A stretch of 64,000 nucleotides of DNA from Lama glama (lineage: Eukaryota), in the NCBI GenBank assembly GCA_028534125.1, contig CM052817.1, positions 56,236,001-56,300,000 of the forward strand, in the 5' to 3' direction. Of the stretch, positions 25,896 through 38,499 are shown in pieces. Position 1 is the first letter of the stretch. Each line of letters begins with the position of its first letter. The notes under the pieces were generated by a model. That model saw nothing but the letters and a program-made list of their open reading frames with translations. It was not told the DNA's origin and did not search any database. Made by a program: the position numbers and the translations under genes.

Positions 25896-26589
25896 GAGCA
25901 CAGCCCAAGGTGGACAACAGTGGGGAACTATAAAGCACAAGGACCCTCTTGCTTAGGTCTCCAGGTGTGGCTGACTAGAGTTAGGGATATGTAAGTGACT
26001 TACAAAGCATCCATCCGTCAGAAGCAAAAAACTAGAGGTCTATGCTGCAACATTAATGTATCTTGTATAATGTTGCTGGCTGAGACAATACAGAACAGAA
26101 TGAGGCTTATTGAAATATATATATATATATATAAACAACACTGTTTAAAAAGAAATATATATATGCCTAAGCATATATATTAAACACATTAGTGTGAATA
26201 CCTATTAAGGTGACAGGAATGGAGTCTGGCTGAGATTAAGGAAAGAACTAATAAATACAGTATATCCTGAAATGAGGAGCATATCTAATTCTACTCTTTA
26301 CTTTTGTGTTAATAAAATAGTAGTTAAAAAAAATTAAATAAATACTAGAACCTTTTGCTTTGGACTTGCATCTCTTGCCTAAGCCTCACCCTTCTTACCT
26401 TCACCTTTGGTTCAGCTCTCTGTTTGAAATATGATTCTCCATTCTAGCCTTTGTACATGGCTACATTGCTCACAGTTTGAGCCGAGAACAAGTCTCCATT
26501 CATAACCTGTCTCTTTCAAAAGCCTTACTCAGACAATTCTGACTCACCCTAATAATGCCCTTTCACCACACAACATACTTACTCATTGA

Positions 26590-26780
26590 TCCCTCCATTT
26601 GTTCCTTCAACAAATACTTATTGACACCTAACCAGGCTCAAATGAATGCACTGGTATTCTTGGAGAAAAGTTAAGTAACAATTCCCGTGACTTAATGAGC
26701 TCACAATGTAGATAGAATCTCAGACAAGTGCATGAAATAAGTAAAGATTGAGTTTAACACAGAGTGATACAAATGCTGAA
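26590..26780 (-). mobile_element. L2 3' tail fragment
   Basis: 'ccatttgttccttcaacaaatacttattgacaccta' antisense L2 end. Confidence 0.55.
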
Positions 26781-26943
26781 GCATTCTTGTGAATATTTTA
26801 CCCAGTTCTCTAATAATAGGCTAATGATTTACATAAATTATGTAATGGTTAATATTAAATATTGATGACCTTAATAACATTATACCATATTATTACACTA
26901 ATATCCACCAATATTGTACCAATACTATAAACAGTAGTAGTAT

Positions 26944-27043
26944 NNNNNNNNNNNNNNNNNNNNNNNNNNNNNNNNNNNNNNNNNNNNNNNNNNNNNNNNN
27001 NNNNNNNNNNNNNNNNNNNNNNNNNNNNNNNNNNNNNNNNNNN
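26944..27043. other. Assembly gap (100 N)
   Basis: Run of exactly 100 N, the usual placeholder for a gap of unknown size; distances across it are unreliable. Confidence 0.99.
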
Positions 27044-27916
27044 ACCTGCTAAAAGTCATTGTTTATATCAGCCACTCCTTTGAAATCTTCACATTATTGC
27101 TCTTCCATTATTGCAAATAACCAAAAGCTGACTATCAATTAGCCACCAAAATTCACCAAGGGATCTCTAGTGGTGAGTTATACTGTTGTCAGAAATACGC
27201 AAGGAATAAATATGCCTATAATTTTGTTTCTACAACTTGCAAATATATTCCTATATTTATGGCTCAAGGTTTGCTGATTACTTACAAGGTAGGTGACAGC
27301 AATCTTAGGAGAAATAAATTCCTAGTCTCTCAAGGGCAAGATCAAAGTTGCATTACCGGTAATCTCTAATCAGCCTTTTTTTTTTTTTCCAATTTGCAAA
27401 AGGAGTTCAGAATTTATCAGTACTCCTGCATTAATACTTGCAAGTATAAAATGATAAACAGTAAAGGGTATATTTTAGAAAAGTGCTAGCAAGCATTCAG
27501 TGACCAATTTGCCTGGATACTTCTATGCTTTCATTTTTAAGAACCAATTTCAGTAAGTGGAGTAAACATTTCCTGATATATCCTGTAGTGATGGCCCCTA
27601 ATCTACTATTTTGCTGCTTCATTTAAGTAACATTTTATTTATTTTTCCAGTATGTTCTTCCCCACATGTATTTCTGGGATAGCTATTAGATTCTTACTGG
27701 TTTCAGTCTCACTTTCTCTAGCTTAACCATAATGTAAGTGTGGACTCTTAATTCCAAGTGAATTTCATTCTACATCCTGTTCTGAATATGAAGAAATGGA
27801 AAGTACGTACAGTATTTTCTAACTCGTGTCCCCCTGAGTTTGCCTCAGTACGTTTCAGATATCTGTGTGCGGCTTCTCCAACGACTCCTGCGATTCCACA
27901 TTCACATACTAGTAAA

Positions 27917-28066
27917 CAAACCAGCCTCATGGGTGTGAGGCCTGTGAAGTTCTCATGCTTAGAAGAGCCTCACACTTGGGTTTAATGCTCTGGTATTACC
28001 ATCTTGAAAGTCTTAAAGGTTTTTGAAGAAGGGTTCCCACCTTTCCAAATTAAGTAGTCTGCCTAG
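27917..28066 (+). mobile_element. MER91A-like hAT-Tip100 MITE
   Basis: 'ccagcctcatgggtgtgaggcctgtgaagt...cttagaagagcctcacacttgggtttaatgctctggtattaccatcttgaaagtcttaa' follows the recalled MER91A consensus with CpG decay. Confidence 0.8.
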
Positions 28067-29134
28067 TGTCTTTTGACTGTACAAAATAAGTATAGAGAAT
28101 AATGGAAGGATGCACACAAATGGTAATAGTACTTATCTTTAGATGATGGTATTAAGAATGGTTTTCGTTTTCTTTTCATCTTTCTTCCTTCTCTAATCTC
28201 CCTGATTTATAGAGATAAGGAAGGTTAAAGTGTCAGAAATCCCTTGAGATGCAACGAATAGAACTTACGAGATAGTCCTTTTGAGCTAAAGAATTTTGAT
28301 CTGCAATACACAAGATATTTGCATTTATAAGGGTACAGGTATGTTTGCATCAGCAGTAGAACTTCACAGAAAATGAAACAGAGTATGTAATGAACTGAGC
28401 ATCTATATGATATTGGACCTAGAAAAAAATTTATAGAAGTGTTGAGTTCTCACAATGGCACTGGGTCACTGCAGAAAATTTCATTTTATTCTATTTTCCC
28501 GTAACACTCTCTGTTTTTCTATATTTGTCCCTGTTTCACACATCTATGTTCATGGCTATTTTTAAACTTAATTCTAAAATCTAGAAGAAAATTAACAAGA
28601 AAAAACTTTTACAATTATCTGAATTGTATACCATCTAAGTTTGAGTGTGTAGGAAGCAAAGTTGGTTTGCAAAAGCAGACTGATTTCATTTTCATTGCCA
28701 TTTTTCAGTAACTGTATTCCCCAGCCCCATCCCCCAGAGGGATAAGATTCAGCTGGTAATTAATTTTATAAAAATTAGAAGAAGAAAGAAATCTTTTTAT
28801 TCTGCTCTTCTCTTTGTCTATTCCAATTGTTACAGTCTTTCAAGGATGAGTATGCTGGCTATTGTTTTTTATTCATTTTCATTTTTCTATATGGGTTGAA
28901 AGTAATTTATCTGAAAGCCAAGATACGAAGAAAATAAACTGTGGGAGGGCACATTGGTAACACTCCCTTCAGTCTTTCTGTGGAATACTGTGTAAAAGAG
29001 AGAAATTCTAAGGGGAAAATTATGTAACTTCACATTCAGTTTCTGGAAATAGTCACCAATGAGGGTATTTAGACAAGTTGCTTTGCAATTCTTGGAGTTA
29101 CAAGGAAGGAATTAGAAGGTCAACATAACTTCGT

Positions 29135-29345
29135 GTTTAATAGTGTAGCCACTAATGCCAGCTTGCTGAGGTCAAATTCATAGCTGTGTGACTTTGGGCA
29201 AATAATTTACTCTTTCTCGGAGCTTTAGTCTCCTTAATTATAAGGTGTGAATGGTAACAGAGTTAAGTGAATTCTAATATGTGTAAGAAAGAATAATTCT
29301 TGGTACATAGTAAGGATCTTCAAAAGTGTGAGCAATTATTGTTAT
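29135..29345 (+). mobile_element. MIR SINE
   Basis: 'tagctgtgtgactttgggcaaataatttactctttctcggagctttagtctccttaattataa...tggtacatagtaagg'. Confidence 0.8.
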
Positions 29346-29686
29346 GTATTTTATTTTCATTTAAAAATTACTCCATTCACTAAATTATACAAAATCATCT
29401 CCTGAAAAAGAAACTTCGGGAGAAAAGATACACACACATTTATATCGCTAAGCTTAGGGCAAAAGGATCATAATACCCTAAAGTGCTGTGATGTGGAAAA
29501 CTCACACTCAACCTTTCATTACCGAGGCAGTCCCTCAGGAAATAAAAATGTATACTAATTACAATAAATTTTCCTGTTTATCCTTGTGCAGCATTTTTGA
29601 TCCTCCATCTCCTGGGAGTTGCTATTTCCAGGACTCATATGAGATGTATTTATCCAAACAGTATAGTGGGAGAATGTAACTGATAC

Positions 29687-30108
29687 CGTCACGCAATTCC
29701 CCAATATCCCTTCAGGACCAAAGGACTTTTCTTGGCTCCTGCGAGTGCTGATGGTGAAACACTCTCAGCTATCTGCCTTCTTGTATGGCTCCTTGGGCTG
29801 CTGGTAGTAGACCTGCCTAAGGCCAGGTCCCTTCTTGGGACAGTAGCATCCAAATGGCTGATGGACATGACAAGGGTTTGAAGGGTTAGCCCCCTTCCTC
29901 TAAACAGACAACTTTAGGTGGCCTGCCAGCTCTGGCACTTCCTGTGGGTTGCCTGAAGCATTTACTGCAGACCAGCTTGTCCCTTGACCCATTCTTATTG
30001 CTGTCTTTCTCTTCCAAAGGAGTTGATCCAAAGAGCAGTCTCTAGTAATACCTGATCTCTAATCTCTGTATCAAATTCTGCATCTCAGGGAATCTGATCT
30101 CTGATACG
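29687..30108 (+). mobile_element. Solo LTR, ERVL LTR16-like
   Basis: 'cccaatatcccttcaggac', 'cctaaggccaggtcccttcttgggacag', 'gttgatccaaagagc', terminal 'atcaaattctgcatctcagggaatctgatc'. Confidence 0.7.
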
Positions 30109-30469
30109 AGATGAAGCAATTCCAAGTGGTACCCAATGTAATACCAAGAGAATGGCCCCTGAGCTTCAGTAGAATGGAGGTGAAAGATCTGAAACAGAAA
30201 GAGACCCAGGTCCTAAAAGGCAAGGGCATTAGACAGATCATTTGCACAAAGTTGGATGGAGTTCACATGTGTTTTTTATTTTTCTGTGTTGTGGGGGAAA
30301 AGCCAAAAGAGTTGTACTTGGCAGTGATGTGTATGGAGAGGGTTTCAATTTAAAAAGACAGACTTTTAAAAAGAATTAGCAGGTGATGTAAGAAAAGGAG
30401 TAGTGGAGAACTAGAAGAATGCTACCCTATCTCTTAGAATTTGGAAGAATGATAAAATCTTAGTAGTTT

Positions 30470-30818
30470 TTTCTTAGTCAACTCAGACTGCTACAACTAG
30501 TTACCATAGACATTTATTTCTTACTGTTCCGGAGGTTGGAAAGTCTGAGATTAGAATGCCCACAGGCTCCGTGTCTGGTGCAAGCTCTCTTCCTGGTTTA
30601 CAGACGGCCCCCTTCTTGCTGTATCCTCACATGGCAGAGGGGGCTGTGTCTCTTCCTCTTCTTATAAGGACATCAGTCCCATCTTGGGGGATCCACCCTC
30701 TTGGCCTCATCTAAACCTGATTACTTCCCAAAGGTCTCACATTCAAATACCATCACGTTGGAGATCGAAGCTCCAGCACGTAAATTTTCAAGGGGACACA
30801 AATATTCAGTCTATTGCA
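30470..30818 (-). mobile_element. MaLR solo LTR (MLT1A-like)
   Basis: 'catttatttcttactgttccggaggttggaaagtctgagat...cttcttgctgtatcctcacatggcagag...ggggacacaaatattcagtctattgca'. Confidence 0.9.
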
Positions 30819-31859
30819 AGTGTGGAGAATAAAAGGAAACCTTACCTTACCTGGGGAAAGGTAGTTTTCACATCAGACAAAGAAATGGGGCAAACATTCT
30901 TCTTACAAGTAAAGACCATAAGAATATTTTATTGGCAATATAACAGGTATTTTATAGAAAGGCAATGGAAAAAGTTTAGGAAAAAATAAAATAAAAAGCC
31001 CAAGTCAAATAGGAAAGTAGCTGGATTGGACTGAATAAGGAAGAATAAATTTGCAAGCAGGGGTCCCTATAAATGAATATTATTGGGCGGACTTTTAAAG
31101 CCTGTGGATCTTACAAATGAAGGAATAAATTGGAATCATAGACAAGGACAGTGTGAAAAAAACAAGCTATCATAAGGGGTCCACTTATATAGAGGATGAT
31201 ATTTATAACTAAATGCTTCAAAACCAAGAATTTTAAAACATGTGTTTGACTGCAGTAAGAGAATATGTCATCAAAATGATTCAAACAGAAAATCCATTTA
31301 GTTAGTTCACATAATTAGAGCAATGACTTAAAGGTGTCATAAGAACCTGAACTCTTTCTACATTTTGGCTTAACGTTTGCCTACAGTTCACTCTAGCTAC
31401 AAATTACAGCTTTTTCCCATGCTTGTTGCCTGCGGGACAGTAGAAGGCTGCAACAGTTACTGTATCTCTATTTACCCCAGATATTCTCTAGTAGACGTCT
31501 CACATCTTATACTCCAGAAGTGACCAAGAGTGAAACTAGAAAGTGAGTATTTAAGTATCTGGCACACAGTAGAAGATAACACTTGTTGAGTTAGCCTCAC
31601 TCCCCAAGGATGCTTTCAAATCACAATCTTCAAAGAGGCCGTGGATATCACCAGACTTCATCTGGAGAATCAGGGTGCGAGTAGACTAGAACGGTCAGTG
31701 TTGGATACAATGCTGGGTCTCGAGGCTAAGGGTCAAACAAACAAACGAAATCAGCAGTTTTTTGGTATGATCATCATTGTTTCTACAGATATTATTAAAT
31801 AAATACAACCATCTGAAAGTGAAATAAAATTCTCAGCAGAAAACAAGGCCATCCCTTGT

Positions 31860-32070
31860 CTAGTGAAAGAACAGAACCAGGCTTTAAGTTTGAAAACTCA
31901 TTTTTGGCGTTACCATCTACTTGTAGTGTGTCAATAATTATCATTTGATCTCTGTGAAACCTGGTTTTCCTTGTTATTGGTGATAAAAATAATGTCACTT
32001 TACCTAGGAGGTTTGTTTCAAAGAGTAGTAAGGTATTATCTTTAAAAGGCTTTGTGCTACTTAAAGAACA
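31860..32070 (+). mobile_element. MIR fragment
   Basis: 'atcatttgatctctgtgaaacctggttttccttgttattggtgataaaaataatgtcactttacc' degenerate core. Confidence 0.5.
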
Positions 32071-33709
32071 GTGCTATTGGATTTTTTTCTTTTCTTTTTT
32101 TAATCCCTGGAGTTTTCTCCTTCTAAGAAGTGTGTGGAGACTTTGTCAGATAAAAGAATTTTAACCTAAGAGTGAATCCAAAAGTGAGTCTTTATGATTA
32201 TGGTTTTTATGTCTCAATACATGTACGCTGGGTGCAGACATCTGTCAGGAAGGGATACAAACCATTCTACTTACCAGAATGACTGCTCCTGCATATGGTT
32301 CACATTCTTAAATTAACAAGAAGCATTTATTTATTTTCAAAATTGGCAGTCCCAACTACTAATGTAAAAAACGTTCAATTGTAAATAAAGGACTCATTTT
32401 ATATGATATGCTCACTTCTCAGAAATTCCCCAGAAGCATATGTTAGGTAAATATAAAAAAGTAAACTGGAGAAACCATGGAAATAGTATGTTGTGTTAGT
32501 GTTTTCTTATCAGGCATACTAAGAGTTGCATTAATTATGGTATTTTACAAAGCATCCATAAGGTAGATAATGTCTTTTTTGTCAATGATGCACAAAACGT
32601 CATAGAAGTCTTTTAAAGATTGCTTTCCTCACATGCCTTTATAAACCTGTAGAACATACAGAGGCAAGAAAGGACAGACATTGTTCTGTTTCTACCTTAC
32701 TATTCTTACTTTCCAATAAATTAAATTATTTTCCAATATCCTATTATGATTTAGATAATAGATGAAAAAAGAAAAAGAAAAAACTATATTCTTCCTTAAT
32801 CCTACCCTCCCATTGTATCTCTATTCCCTTTCCTTTGAGTGATAGGGTGTTATCATTTAAGTGGAAATTTTGCTTGACTGTAAACAGGCCTTTTGGGAAT
32901 GGGAACCACATGTCCTCCCTCAAGAAACCTCGAGCTCATCACGATAAGACTGTCTTATTTATCTCTGCATCACTAGTATCTACCACATTGTCTAGCAGGA
33001 TGCAATTAACTATTTCCTTATTTAATAAATATGTGAGGACTACTGTTGTCATCAAAAGCAGTAGAAAGATACCTTGTCATTTCTGGTTCTTAGCTTTGAT
33101 AAACAGACACTAACTACAATCGCTTCTATCTGATAGGTTGTTTTCCAGACTCTTTGGAATATGAAGCAGATACTCAGTTTGTCTCTCTACTTCCCTCATG
33201 TCTTAAAAAAAAAAAACCAGAATTTTATTTTTCACTAGTAATGACAGAAAAAGTCAAAATAGGATGAAGATATAAATAGCAACATAGGGAGTTTTGAATA
33301 TACTAGAAACCTTCGGAGAACTGGTTAATGCCACCACTTAAAGATAAATGGCACTTGGCTTATAATTCTTCAACTCCCCTCATGTTCTTCCATTTACCTG
33401 TCTTAAATGTCAGTCAGTCCAAACTATCTATGGCTTTAATTCTCCAGTCTGTAATCCTTCATCTCACCACCCACTCCAACTGCCCCTTGAGACCAGTGAG
33501 AATGCATGGTATACAGCAAATGCACACCAACGTTCATGCACTGTTTGAACAACGGAACGGTATCCAGTGTAATCATTTTTGTTTTTTAAAGTGGACTTCT
33601 TAGACTCAAAGAGATATGATGTGAAATGGAGCGGCAAGCAGTTAACGGCTGACACATGGCTCCACATGAAAGGGGAAAGCATTAAAGAGAATGTGTGTCA
33701 AATAAAACT

Positions 33710-33930
33710 AAAATTTATTGAGCACCAACCAAATGCCAGGCTCTTTACAAACATCATCTCACTTAATTATTCCATAGCAATATATTGTGGTATTTATTAT
33801 CACCACTTCACAGATGCACAGATGAAGCAGTGGAGTTTCAGAAAGGTTAAAATAACTATTGAAGTCACATAACTCAAATTTTAACCTAAATCTGCTTGGG
33901 TCCAAAGTCTCTTCTATCTCCAAGAAAATC
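33710..33930 (-). mobile_element. MIR SINE
   Basis: 'atttattgagcaccaaccaaatgccaggc...acttcacagatg...aaggttaaaataact...gtcaca'. Confidence 0.75.
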
Positions 33931-35491
33931 ACCCTGCCTCCAAAAATTTATTCCTGCAGTTTCAATAATAATTTCTAAGTCACGTTCTAATGTGATCCTA
34001 TGTTTCTTTTGGTGAGAAATAATGTGATACCAAACTCATAGAAAGGCAGAGCAAACCATGTATTCCTTTTGATTAGAGTTGATAAATATCATGTGTTTAT
34101 ATTGTAAAACACATATATATATATAAACACATGACAACCTCGGGTTGTCAATTAACTAGTTTGAAGTTTAATATATCAGAGCTATAATATAAATAATTGT
34201 ACTCTTCTCGGGCCCAGTTTTTTGTGTTTTTTTGTTTGTTTGTTTAGCTACTTTAGCATATGGCTTTGTCTTCCAGAAGATTGAGTGCTGCAGATTACAG
34301 GAAACTTGCACTATTTATTACTTTACCACCATCTATCTCTGAATACAAAGTCTGGGTTATAGCTGCTAATCAGTCAATGAACAATGGAAAAATGGATATT
34401 CTACAGTTTCTCTAGTTTTACTTGCCGCTCCATTTCACATCATATCTCTGAGTTTTACTGATTGCTATTTCAAAAAACAACTCAGAAGTGCTCTTTGAAA
34501 AGTACAGCTACCCATGGCCTCTTCCTTCCTCACAAAGGACTAACACTTGACCTTGAAGTGTTAGAGAGAAGAAATAGGGGAAAAGAGAAGAAAGAAAAAA
34601 AGGACTAAGGCCTATCCTTCTAAAAAACAGTATTTCCACTCATATTTGAAGATTTCAGTCATGCTTTCCATTGAGAACCAAAAGAATCTGTATACTCATG
34701 TTGTAGAAGAGGACAGAAGTTAGATATATTTGTTCTTCCACATCCTTTTGCAAGATAGATGAAATAATGCTTCCCACTTACACACTGACTTTGGCACCTG
34801 AAGTTTAAGATGAAGGGTTATGTTTATTGACAAAAAATATAGAAGGAGACTACTCTCTGATGTTTCAAAAACGTCATTTCGCACAGGGCTAGCATCTATT
34901 CTGCACTATTATGACAAGTCAAAGAACAAATTTTACCCTGCACACACCATAGCAAATATAATGATTCCTTACAAATAGATGAGCCTCTGCATGCATTGGA
35001 AAGATATGAATAAGCTCATATCTTATTTATGCTCAAAATTAGATTCTATAACTTCAATAGAGCACTCATTAAGTAATCTATGCCAAATGACTTCATGTGA
35101 AGTTCAAATGCAACAAATTATACTATAATCTGAAAGTCTGACTAATAGAATTTGTTTGCTAAAATGAGGCAGGAATACACAAGCTTCTGAGACAGAATTA
35201 TACTTTAGCAAATATTTTGGGACAATTTTTCATATTATTTCAAATTGGAGTTTGGTCCATGTGTATATCCCATCAAGTCAGGAATGAATCTGTACTTAGA
35301 CTACTAGAAGGAATCCAACAGTAGTGAATGGTTTGAGCTGCATGGGGTTTACTTCTGCTTCAGTATCATCTAAAGATTTTCACAGATAAAGTTACTAACT
35401 GGAATGTTAAGTGTGGCCCAGTTTTGAAAAACTGGTCAATAGGTAAGATTCCTCAGTCAATGGAATCCTAAATGTATTTGTACAATTTAAA

Positions 35492-35750
35492 GTGGGAAGG
35501 GACAGACTGGGATTTCGAAATGTATAGATACTGACAGGCATATATAGAATAGATAAACAAGATTATACTGTATAGCACAGGGAAATATATGCAAGATCTT
35601 GTGGTAGCTCATAGTGGAAAGGAATGTGACAATGAATATATATATATGTTCATGTGTAATTGGAAAATTGTGCTCTACACTAGAATTTGACACAACATTG
35701 TAAAATGGCTATAACTCAATAAAATTTAAATAAATAAATAAATAAATAAA
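35492..35750 (+). mobile_element. Young lineage-specific L1 3' end with (TAAA)n tail
   Basis: 'ataaacaagattatactgtatagcacagggaaatatatgcaagatcttgtggtagctc...gacacaacattgtaaaatggctataactcaataaaa' followed by (taaa)n. Confidence 0.88.
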
Positions 35751-35751
35751 G

Positions 35752-35935
35752 CAATGACTCTCAAACTTGATCATGCATCAGAATCAGCCAAAGGGCTTAT
35801 TAAAACACAGATAGCTAGACCCAACTCCCACGTTTATGCAAGTCTTGGGTGGGACTGAGAATTGACATTTCTAACAAGTCTCCAGTTAATGATGGCAGTG
35901 ATGCTAATCTGGAGACCACACTTCAAGAACGACTC
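35752..35935. mobile_element. MER5A hAT-Charlie MITE
   Basis: 'ctctcaaacttgatcatgcatcagaatca...gggcttattaaaacacagat...gagaattgacatttctaacaagt...gagaccacacttcaagaac'. Confidence 0.88.
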
Positions 35936-35989
35936 GTTTAAAGAAAGATGCCTCAAGGTGCAGTCTACTTCCTGACTTCACCCTAGTAA

Positions 35990-36132
35990 TAAGGGGTGCT
36001 GAGTAAGTTGAAGATTCCCAGATGCCATGCCAGATTTACTAGATCGGGACATCCAGGATAAGACCCAGAGATCTGCATTTTTAACAAGAGTTCCAAATAG
36101 TTCTGATGCACACTACAATTTCAGAATCTCTG
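35990..36132. mobile_element. MER5B-like MITE fragment
   Basis: 'cccagagatctgcatttttaacaagagttccaaatagttctgatgcacactacaatttcagaatctctg'. Confidence 0.7.
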
Positions 36133-38499
36133 TTCTTGAGATTCTGACATTTTGCTCAGTTCTAACATACGAAGTTGCTTTCAAGCCTCTGTATGTTGTT
36201 CAGTGTTCCCTGTGGTAAAATTGCTCTCTTCACTGTTTGGCTCTTTTTTTTTTTTTTTTTTTTTCATTTTTCAGGACCCAGATCAAATATCCCTTCTGTA
36301 TAAAACATTCCCTGTCAGGGACATTAATTTCTCCCTCAATTCTAGTAGCAGTCACTGCATCATATGTTCACATTTCTTCCCAAGAAAGATGAGGTTCTAG
36401 ACTGAGGAAAAACAGTATTGCATTTTTTCACTGAGTTTTGCATCATTAGGCAAAGGACACATTAAGCCATCAAGAAAATATTGTTGACTCTAATAAAAAT
36501 GAAGAGACACAAACTTGAAAACTCAATAAACTGAACTTTACATTTTGCAGTACAGAAAAATTCACTTTCATAATTATAATGACTAGACTATTTCAAATGA
36601 ACATGAGAATTTTTGTTTCAGTGTAAAATTGTTTTCTGTACTTTTAATGAATGTACATGTGCAAAAACACATGCTTGTGCACCTTTTTCTGACCTTTTCA
36701 AAACTTCTCATTGACTTTTTTAAGGAATTGCATTGTCTATTCGATGAGTTTCTGCCCTCTTCATTTGCCATTTTTTTTTTCCATTTGTCTAATTCTAACA
36801 GCTGCTGCTTTGGGTAACATCTGTTCTCAATTAACTCCTCAGAAAAATATTTTTGAAAGGTCATAGGATCTGAGCTGTGATAAACTTGTAGACTTGGCCT
36901 AAGAGACTTGATCAGTGGATTATGGTGTGACTTCATATCCTAAGATGCTTTAGGTATTATGACATATCTACAGTTCAAAAGAAGCCTATAAGGATTTCAA
37001 AGATGATATAATCATTAACAAAACAGAGTAAATATTTGAATAATGCCAAGCTCTTACCATTTCAACTTCATTTCTGTTATGATAATGACTTTACTCAGTT
37101 GGTAATTATTACTATGATTTCTTTCTTTCTTCTTTCCCCTTTGAAATGAGGAACATCAGCAAAACAGAATCAAGGAAGAACAGGAAGCAGAGAAGCTTGT
37201 CCCTAAAAATGAAAAGAACATTTTGCCAGGACTAGAACAGTAGATAGTACATCAGAGATCATTATGTATCTGAACTATGGTACCCTACGGATCTAATGGT
37301 AACATCAGGTATTCAGTTATGTTGGTTACATAATTTAGTAAATAAATATCGGCTACAGAAAACATGATAAATACATACAAAATAAATCTGGTGCTAAAAG
37401 GTAGGGGAAACTCTGAACTAAAATATGCACCAGTAGTGCAACTGGTTTATTATTTGTTTAGAATCTACTCCCCCATTATTCTACTATGCTAGTGAAGTAG
37501 TAGAAATCCACCTTTCCAATAAACTTGCAATACTGAGCACTTTATTTATATTTTATTGAATTATTTCAAATCATCTCTAATAGCTAACCTTGTGGGGAGA
37601 GGAAAGATCAGGCAGCTGTAAGAATTTGTAAAGGCAGCTTCCTCTAGATTTTGAGACTGGAATCCTAAATGAAAAGCAGGAATTATTGTTTCTGACAAGT
37701 CTTGTTAACTTCAGAATAGATACATACAGTGAGAAGTCTCAGCTCTCTCTAGAGTTCCCTGTGGCATAGTGATGCAGAAACCAATAAAGGATATTTGTGA
37801 ATCAAAAGAAAAGTAAAAATCAAGAAGCCTTGAAGAGACAATTCATCTAAACAAGACTTCACTTCCTTATTCAGGCATACCTAAATACTTAAGACATTAT
37901 AAATGGGGTATGAATATAAATTTTTATAAATAAGCTTCCCTCCCTCCAAATAGATATTGAGGGCTAATGAGAAGAGGGTGGGATTCCAAACCAGGAAATC
38001 ATGCATTTAAATCAGAGCTTTGTCCCTTAATATCTATGTTCTATGAGACGGGACACTTACTATTCCTTCAACATGGGTGGGCTTAGCATCCTAATTCTAT
38101 GTGAGACTTAAGTGAAATAATACATCATAAAATATTTTTTAAACTATAAGCAACTATATGAAGCAACTGTAAGTTGATTAAAACTTTTAAAGATTTACTA
38201 TTATGTAAAAAAGGGCAGAGACAAAAGAGTACATAATTTAGAATTCCTTTATATGAAATTCAAGAATTGATTTACAGTGTGAGAGGTCAAAATTGTGGTT
38301 ACCTGGGAGAAAGAGGACGTTTTCTTCCTGGGCCACTTAGTAGCTTAAAGCGAATGGTTTACAACATCCACTGTGACTTCCAAACCCTTCCCAGCCTCCA
38401 CAGCTCCTTTGACATGAGTTTAAAGGGAGCCTCAGAACTCTGCATGTTTCTGGAAAGACTTTGTCAACTCCAATACCATCACCATTAATCTCCTTATTC

